IMG/VR virus record: IMGVR_UViG_3300007514_000005
Location: 8,009 to 72,008 of that record
Reading direction: 5' to 3' (one strand)
DNA length: 64,000 nt
DNA from: a virus
Positions within the stretch are counted from its first letter, which is position 1. The number at the start of each line of letters is the position of its first letter. This document shows positions 59,154 to 64,000 of the stretch, one piece after another. The position numbers were made by a program, and so were the translations under genes. The notes beneath the pieces are model-generated. The model had not been told where the DNA came from, made no database searches, and was given only the letters and a program-made list of their open reading frames with translations.

Positions 59154-59340
59154 TTACGCAACAAAGAGAAGGGGGGCGAAAGCCCCTCTTTTCTATACCC
59201 GTGAAAAATTTGTAGCGAAGAGCGTAAAGCAAAAACACCGACTGCTACAAATTTGTAGCATAGAGAGCGTAAAACGAGGGCGCGGTTGGCTACAAATTTC
59301 ATACCGACACCCTTAAGTAGTCACCCCCCCTGCGACAAAC

Positions 59341-59682
59341 ATGGAGTTAGCAATACAATACGACATAGAAGCGACAGCAATGAACCGCGTTGAAGAGGGA
59401 GCAATGGAGAGCGAAGCAGATTTCTTCACGGGGGCAATGGCTATGTATTTGGCTCTCAAGCCGAAGAGTGAGGAAGATGGGTCGTGGTGTCCGCCTTCTT
59501 GGATATTCACTCTCATGGCGGGAGATAGTATAGTCGAGAAAGTAAGGGAAGAAGACGAGGCCGCAATGGAAGCAGACAGGCAGATGGAGAGGGCCGAGAT
59601 TGCGGCTGAGAACGCTTACGATGCACAGCGCGAGATTAGCGCTGAGATGTGCTATGACGACAGGTATGACGATTACTACTGA
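59341..59682 (+). CDS. Cassette ORF, acidic (113 aa)
   Basis: Promoter-like CCGACACCCTTAAG at ~59304; downstream hairpin GGGCGGGA/TCCCGCCC. Confidence 0.75.
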   Translation: MELAIQYDIEATAMNRVEEGAMESEADFFTGAMAMYLALKPKSEEDGSWCPPSWIFTLMAGDSIVEKVREEDEAAMEADRQMERAEIAAENAYDAQREISAEMCYDDRYDDYY

Positions 59683-59872
59683 TTGAGCGGGCGGGAAGGC
59701 ATCATCCCGCCCCTCTTTCTATCGCTGGGATAAATTTGTAGCAAAGGGGGAATGAAACGCGCGGACATGAGGCTACAAATTTGTAGCGTGCTGAGCGTGT
59801 GTGAGAAGAATGGTCGGTTGGCTACAAATATCCTATCGGTGGGTTTAATAGGGGAAGCGTCTAGGGCGGTAT

Positions 59873-60205
59873 ATGTCTAACAGACGGGGAAACCGGAAGC
59901 ACAACCGCGACAGGTTTGAGGGCGCACGCCTAAGCGACTCGGAGCGAGTCGAGTGCGCTAATCTCATGGATAGCATACGAGCGCGCAAGCCTCAGCAATT
60001 CCGTGCAGGGCGAGACCTATTGGTTGTGTTGAAGGATACAGGAAAAGTAAGAGAAGTGGAAGGAAGCAGGGGCGATATGATTTGCTGTATAGTGCGCGGC
60101 GGTGTCGAGCACACTTGGATGATGCGAATGAAGTCTCAAGTCATGGGCAAGAGTGCGAAGGGATGCAAGCAAAAATTGCGAGTGGATAAAATTCTTTGGG
60201 CGTGA
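59873..60205 (+). CDS. Cassette ORF, basic (110 aa)
   Basis: Promoter TCGGTGGGTTTAATA at ~59836. Confidence 0.75.
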   Translation: MSNRRGNRKHNRDRFEGARLSDSERVECANLMDSIRARKPQQFRAGRDLLVVLKDTGKVREVEGSRGDMICCIVRGGVEHTWMMRMKSQVMGKSAKGCKQKLRVDKILWA

Positions 60206-60394
60206 AACAAATACCCCTCTTGATTTGTAGCGAAGATTTCTTTAGCGCCTACAAAAATTTGTAGCGAACACACATGGGGAAGGTGAATGCGCACGGGCTA
60301 CAAATTTGTAGCCAACACACCGCAGAAATACAGCGCGGCTTTGCTACAAATTCGCAATCGAAAGGTTTAATACCCCACCCCCCTTCCCCTAAAT

Positions 60395-60830
60395 TGTAGG
60401 TCGTTGCCGACCTATGTTCCCCTACGGGGGGGCGGGTGCTCATTGGAGTCAGGTGGCGTTGAAACGCATCATAAGCCCGTGCAATGCTCGCAGAAGATTC
60501 GCGGGGTTGGAAACACGGGGGGATGGTCTGCCTTACGACTCTTGTTGAACGGGGTTCTCTTCTAGCGAAGTCGCGCTTGCGCGGCCTCTCCTACGGAGAT
60601 TAAATACGCGGCGGTGTCGCCCCAATTATTCGGGAGTCGAGGGCAGGTATCGAGGGTGTGTAGTGTTAGGAAGAAAGGAGTTCGCAGGTGAAACACCATA
60701 AGTCTGAATATGTAATTCGCGCGCGTGGCTTGGCTTCAATAGTATGGAAAGCGGGGGTCGCGCGCCCCTGTCCTCTCGCAAAGAGGCCACCGCTCGGCAG
60801 GGCGGCCCAACATAGTCGGCACGGCTTACA
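60395..60830 (+). ncRNA. Candidate large structured ncRNA 3 (~436 nt)
   Basis: Promoter ATCGAAAGGTTTAATA at 60357; 5' TGTAGGTCGTTGCCGACCTATGTT pairs with 3' AACATAGTCGGCACGGCTTACA; two C-TACG-G hairpins and a CTTG-loop hairpin. Confidence 0.75.
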
Positions 60831-61181
60831 CCTTTAGTTTTATCGCTATAAAATTTGTAGCGAATTAAGTTCGTTGTTTTTCTCGCGCGCTGAAAGAATA
60901 AAACGCATGACTGCTCCAAATTTGTAGCAATTCTTTATTTCCTTCTATTATGTTTTAGAGTAATGCCCTTTCTATAACTACTATTGAAAGAATAGAATAA
61001 ATACAAATTTGTAGCGCAGTAGCCCGAATAATTCTTTTTCCTCTTTTCAGAATTATTGAAAGAATTACTACAAATTTGTAGCCAACCGTCTGTTGTGGGC
61101 CTTCGCGCGCGTCACCCGTGACGCCCTTTGCTACAAATTTCACATCGGCAGGTTCATAAGGGGAGACCCACTCGGTTGAAC

Positions 61182-61382
61182 ATGGACAAAAAGCAGAAGC
61201 GCTACATTGAGCGCATTGTTATGGCGGGCCTAAGAATGATTGGCGAGAACGATGAGGGAGAGCCGTTGGAGACCTTCGGCGACCTCTTCAAAGAGCATGA
61301 CGCGGTGATGGCTCTTCTCGGTCTTGACGAAGAGTCAAACCTTGTTTTCGGTGAGGAAGCAATACTGAAAGACCCGCAATGA
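61182..61382 (+). CDS. Cassette ORF (66 aa)
   Basis: MDKKQKRY..., after promoter ATCGGCAGGTTCATAAGGGG (61144). Confidence 0.75.
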   Translation: MDKKQKRYIERIVMAGLRMIGENDEGEPLETFGDLFKEHDAVMALLGLDEESNLVFGEEAILKDPQ

Positions 61383-61662
61383 GGGGGGGCGCGCACCCGC
61401 TTATAATGTTTTCTTTACCCCGTAAAAATTTGTAGCAAAGAGCACTTCTTTCTTTGTGCGCACCGCACACGCGGGCCGTTGCCTACAAATTTGTAGCGAA
61501 GAGCGCTTAACCCCTACGCCCTTGCGCCTTACTGTATCAGACTACAAATTTGTAGTGAATGGTGCGTCTGTTGCGCCCCCGCGCGTGCGTCACGGGTGAC
61601 TTCGCTACAAATAAAACCTTATAAGGGGATACCCACTCGGATAGAATAAGGAGCGAAAAAAT

Positions 61663-61812
61663 ATGTATGTATATGGCTTAGGAGACGAACAAGAACGACA
61701 TAATATGTGGGATGACGAGGATTTGTGGAAGGAATGCCCCGATTGCGGCGCATTTAACTTCGTGGAATACTGCGGCGGGGCTGACTGCCTGACCTGTGGT
61801 AAGCAGTATTGA
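61663..61812 (+). CDS. Cassette ORF, Zn ribbon (49 aa)
   Basis: ...KECPDCG...DCLTCGKQY*; AAGGAG RBS; downstream GGGG-GCAA-CCCC hairpin. Confidence 0.7.
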   Translation: MYVYGLGDEQERHNMWDDEDLWKECPDCGAFNFVEYCGGADCLTCGKQY

Positions 61813-61887
61813 GACGGATGGGGGGCAACCCCCTTCCCTCTTTCTTCACATCGGTAGGTTTATAGGCAGACGCCTACTCGGTTAGAA

Positions 61888-61973
61888 TGGTGGTAGCCAC
61901 TCCGCCTGTTAGCGCAGGTAGCAAGGTGAGTGCGGTTCGCGCGGACTGCGGGTGCAAATCCCGATACCGCCAC
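61888..61973 (+). ncRNA. tRNA-like RNA (acceptor stem + T-arm, non-canonical middle)
   Basis: GGTGGTA (61889-95) pairs with TACCGCC (61965-71) plus discriminator A; CGGG-TGCAAAT-CCCG T-arm; own promoter CATCGGTAGGTTTATAGG; T-tract after. Confidence 0.6.
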
Positions 61974-62153
61974 ACTTTTCTTTACCCCTAAGAAATTTGT
62001 AGCGAAGCGACCGTCTGTTGTGCGCGCGCAAAAGCGTCACCCGTGACGGCTACAAATTTGTAGCCAACCCCACCACAGCCCGCCGCCCGCGCGGTAAAAC
62101 CCCCCGCTTGGCTACAAATAAAAGATTATAAGGGGAGACCTGCTCGGTTGAGC

Positions 62154-62267
62154 ATGGACGAACCACGCCCATGCGTAAGAGACATGATGAATGCGACAGG
62201 AATGAGTAGAGAGGAAGCAGAAAGGGAGTATGAGGCAATGCTTTACGCAAAATACTGCCCGCGTTGA
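62154..62267 (+). CDS. Cassette ORF (37 aa)
   Basis: MDEPRPCVRDMMNATGMSREEAEREYEAMLYAKYCPR*; promoter GATTATAAGGGG...CTCGGTTGAGC-ATG. Confidence 0.65.
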   Translation: MDEPRPCVRDMMNATGMSREEAEREYEAMLYAKYCPR

Positions 62268-62542
62268 GCGGACTTGTCTTGCGCTTATAGTCTTTTTCAT
62301 ACCCCATAGAAATTTGTAGCCAAGCGAACCACCTTCTCGCGCGCGGCACGCCCGCACCGATATAACCTACAAATTTGTAGCGTATCGAGAAGCAAACAAG
62401 CGCGCGTATTCTTCTTACGGTGTATTGACTACAAATTTGTAGTCTGCCGTGTTTGCGTGCGCGCGTCACGCGCGTTTAAGGTTTGCTTCGCTACAAATAT
62501 CTATGTCGGCAGGTTTATAACCCCTAACCCCCTCGTCTAATC

Positions 62543-62656
62543 ATGGAAGAGAAGTGGGAAGTCGAGGAAATGTATTACGACAAGCAATACGAGCAATGGC
62601 GCGTTGTTCTACGCAACACAGACACAGACGAGACCCGATGGGGCTATGTCGAGTGA
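62543..62656 (+). CDS. Cassette ORF (37 aa)
   Basis: MEEKWEVEEMYYDKQYEQWRVVLRNTDTDETRWGYVE*; promoter TCGGCAGGTTTATAA. Confidence 0.65.
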   Translation: MEEKWEVEEMYYDKQYEQWRVVLRNTDTDETRWGYVE

Positions 62657-63309
62657 GCGGAGCGCGTTTGCGCTTATAATCTTTTCTTTAGCGCTGATAA
62701 ATTTGTAGCCAAGCGTCTTTCTTTCTTTTTCCCGCGCGCGTCCAGACCACACACCCTACAAATTTGTAGCCTGTCGAGCGTTAAGACAACGCGCGCTTTT
62801 TGTGTAAAGGTTAATAGACTACAAATTTGTAGCGAAGTTAGGTTAAACAAAGGCGCGCGCCCTTAACCCTTATACTCTTTGCTACAAATTTTACTGCGCG
62901 TGGGTCTCCCCTTCCTTCCTATTTATCCGTGTAGGTGTAAGGATATAAACCTTACGGTTAAAGAAATTTGTAGCCAAGAGGGGTTAAACAAAACGCGCGC
63001 GTGCGGGGTAAGGGGGGTTGGGCTACAAATTTGTAGCGTATCGAACCCCCTTCAGAAAAAAGAGTGTAAAGGGAACGCGCCCTTAGTAGGCTACGAATTT
63101 GTAGCGTAGGGGGCTACCCCCTTACGCGCGTAAAACAAAAACAAAGGGGGCTACAAATTTGTAGCCAAGATACCTACAACAAAACAACCGCGCGAAACAC
63201 AAACGCGCTACGCTACAAATTTGTCGCTTGTTGTAGTAGAAAAAATAAATCGCTTCGCTACAAATACGCAACCGATAGGACTATAAGGGCGGGCCTACTC
63301 GCTCTAATC

Positions 63310-63504
63310 ATGCTATACCTAAGCATGGAAGAAGCCGAAGAAATGTATGACGACATGATAGACGAATGCTACGGTGAGGTGAATGTTGGAGTGACCTTCA
63401 ACGCCTCGCGCGTATTGAGGGAGTTAGACCCGATTGCCTACCGATGCGGGTTCAACGACTACATGGACAGCCTGTTTGAAGACGGCTACACCCTAACCGA
63501 CTGA
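63310..63504 (+). CDS. Cassette ORF, acidic phage-type protein (64 aa)
   Basis: YDDMIDECYG...S-x-VL-x-x-x-DPIAYRCG-x-x-DY-x-D; promoter CCGATAGGACTATAAGGG. Confidence 0.75.
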   Translation: MLYLSMEEAEEMYDDMIDECYGEVNVGVTFNASRVLRELDPIAYRCGFNDYMDSLFEDGYTLTD

Positions 63505-64000
63505 TTACGACACGCGCCCGTGTGCGCTTGGACTTTTAAGGATTTCCACATAAGGCGCTTTTTAGAGCGAGCGCGGGAGATTTGTAGCAAGACGCTTTTT
63601 AGGCCTCGCGGGAATTTGTAGCAAAGGCGGTTTTTAAGCCCCCCGAAAATTTGTAGCCAACAGAAAATTTGGTGCTTCGCTACAAATTTGTAGCGAAGAT
63701 ATTGAAAAATCGTAAGTCCTGAATTGAACCTAGAATTGGCTACAAATTTGTAGCAAACCACGATTGCCGAAATTCAAAATCTTGGCTACAAATAGTCAAG
63801 GATTACCGGATTCCGGAAATCTGATGCACAGGCTCGCAGTATAGCGATTCTGAGCAATTCTGAAAATCCGAATCGAAAAACCCCTAAATTTCGCAAATTT
63901 AGCAGGGTCGCCGCCCGCAAAAGTGCGCCAAAAGTGAATTATTCTTGGTAGAAACTCGGAAAAATTGAGACCATTACCGGAATTCGGACAGGCTCGCAGT

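Larger units (their letters stand above)
55808..63793. repeat. Dispersed palindromic repeat family GCTACAAATTTGTAGC (about 65 full or half sites), confined to inter-cassette spacers
   Basis: Directly visible, e.g. full sites near 57846, 58380, 58848, 59244, 59772, 60297, 62049, 63022, 63150, 63679, 63739. Confidence 0.97.

Noticed and set aside
56155-60919. ORFs over the ncRNA candidates (56155..56355, 56160..56567, 57093..57362, 60626..60919)
   Set aside because: Arg/Pro/Ser-rich, unlike the genuine cassette proteins, and coincident with extensive base-pairing; most lack a promoter in the right position.
61888-61973. Canonical tRNA gene
   Set aside because: No proper D-arm or 7-nt anticodon loop can be assigned; reported as tRNA-like instead.
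55858-63761. ORF-track calls running through repeats (e.g. 55858..56076, 5' part of 57635..58195, 57693..58088, 60249..60443, 60955..61143, 62050..62469, 62879..63109, 63486..63761)
   Set aside because: Their recurring LQIC/YKFV peptides are simply translations of the DNA palindrome.
57500-63793. CRISPR array (repeat plus variable spacer appearance, Cas4-like gene in the genome)
   Set aside because: The repeat is only 16 bp and often a half-site, spacers are compositionally patterned and interrupted by genes, and there is no cas1/cas2 or effector. The Cas4-like nuclease sits in the replication operon, as is common in viruses.
55808-63793. Classical integron
   Set aside because: No RYYYAAC/GTTRRRY attC ends, no tyrosine integrase in the window, and the cassettes carry their own promoters. 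Kept only as an analogy.
1-64000. Terminase large subunit, portal, integrase, rRNA
   Set aside because: No supporting motifs seen; packaging genes presumably lie outside the window.

Overview
This looks like a 64-kb segment of a tailed (Caudoviricetes, siphovirus-like) archaeal virus. The archaeal-type replisome, GGTG(A) ribosome-binding sites, TATA-type promoters and a GCTD-motif surface protein suggest a virus of marine Euryarchaeota (Marine Group II/Poseidoniales, 'magrovirus'-like); the host is inferred. (1) 1-28.9 kb, + strand, virion module: tail fibres with chaperones, prohead protease/scaffold, capsid, neck, tail tube, frameshifted tail chaperone, tape measure and a 2662-aa tail-tip protein. 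(2) 28.9-55.7 kb, - strand, replication and early genes: XPF nuclease, fused primase, Cas4-like nuclease, PolB, clamp, RecA/AAA-like ATPase, GroEL+GroES, SSB, RFC, MCM-like helicase, DUF932, Nudix and many small ORFs, with a recurring bipartite promoter. (3) 55.8-64 kb, the most unusual part: an array of small cassettes, each with its own promoter. They hold tiny, mostly leaderless ORFs, three candidate ~380-440-nt structured ncRNAs and a tRNA-like RNA. The spacers between them carry about 65 (hand count) full or half copies of GCTACAAATTTGTAGC, spaced ~15, ~30, ~45 or ~61 bp apart, usually with a CGCGCG-type tract midway in the 61-bp units. All calls come from reading motifs by eye; no database searches were run.
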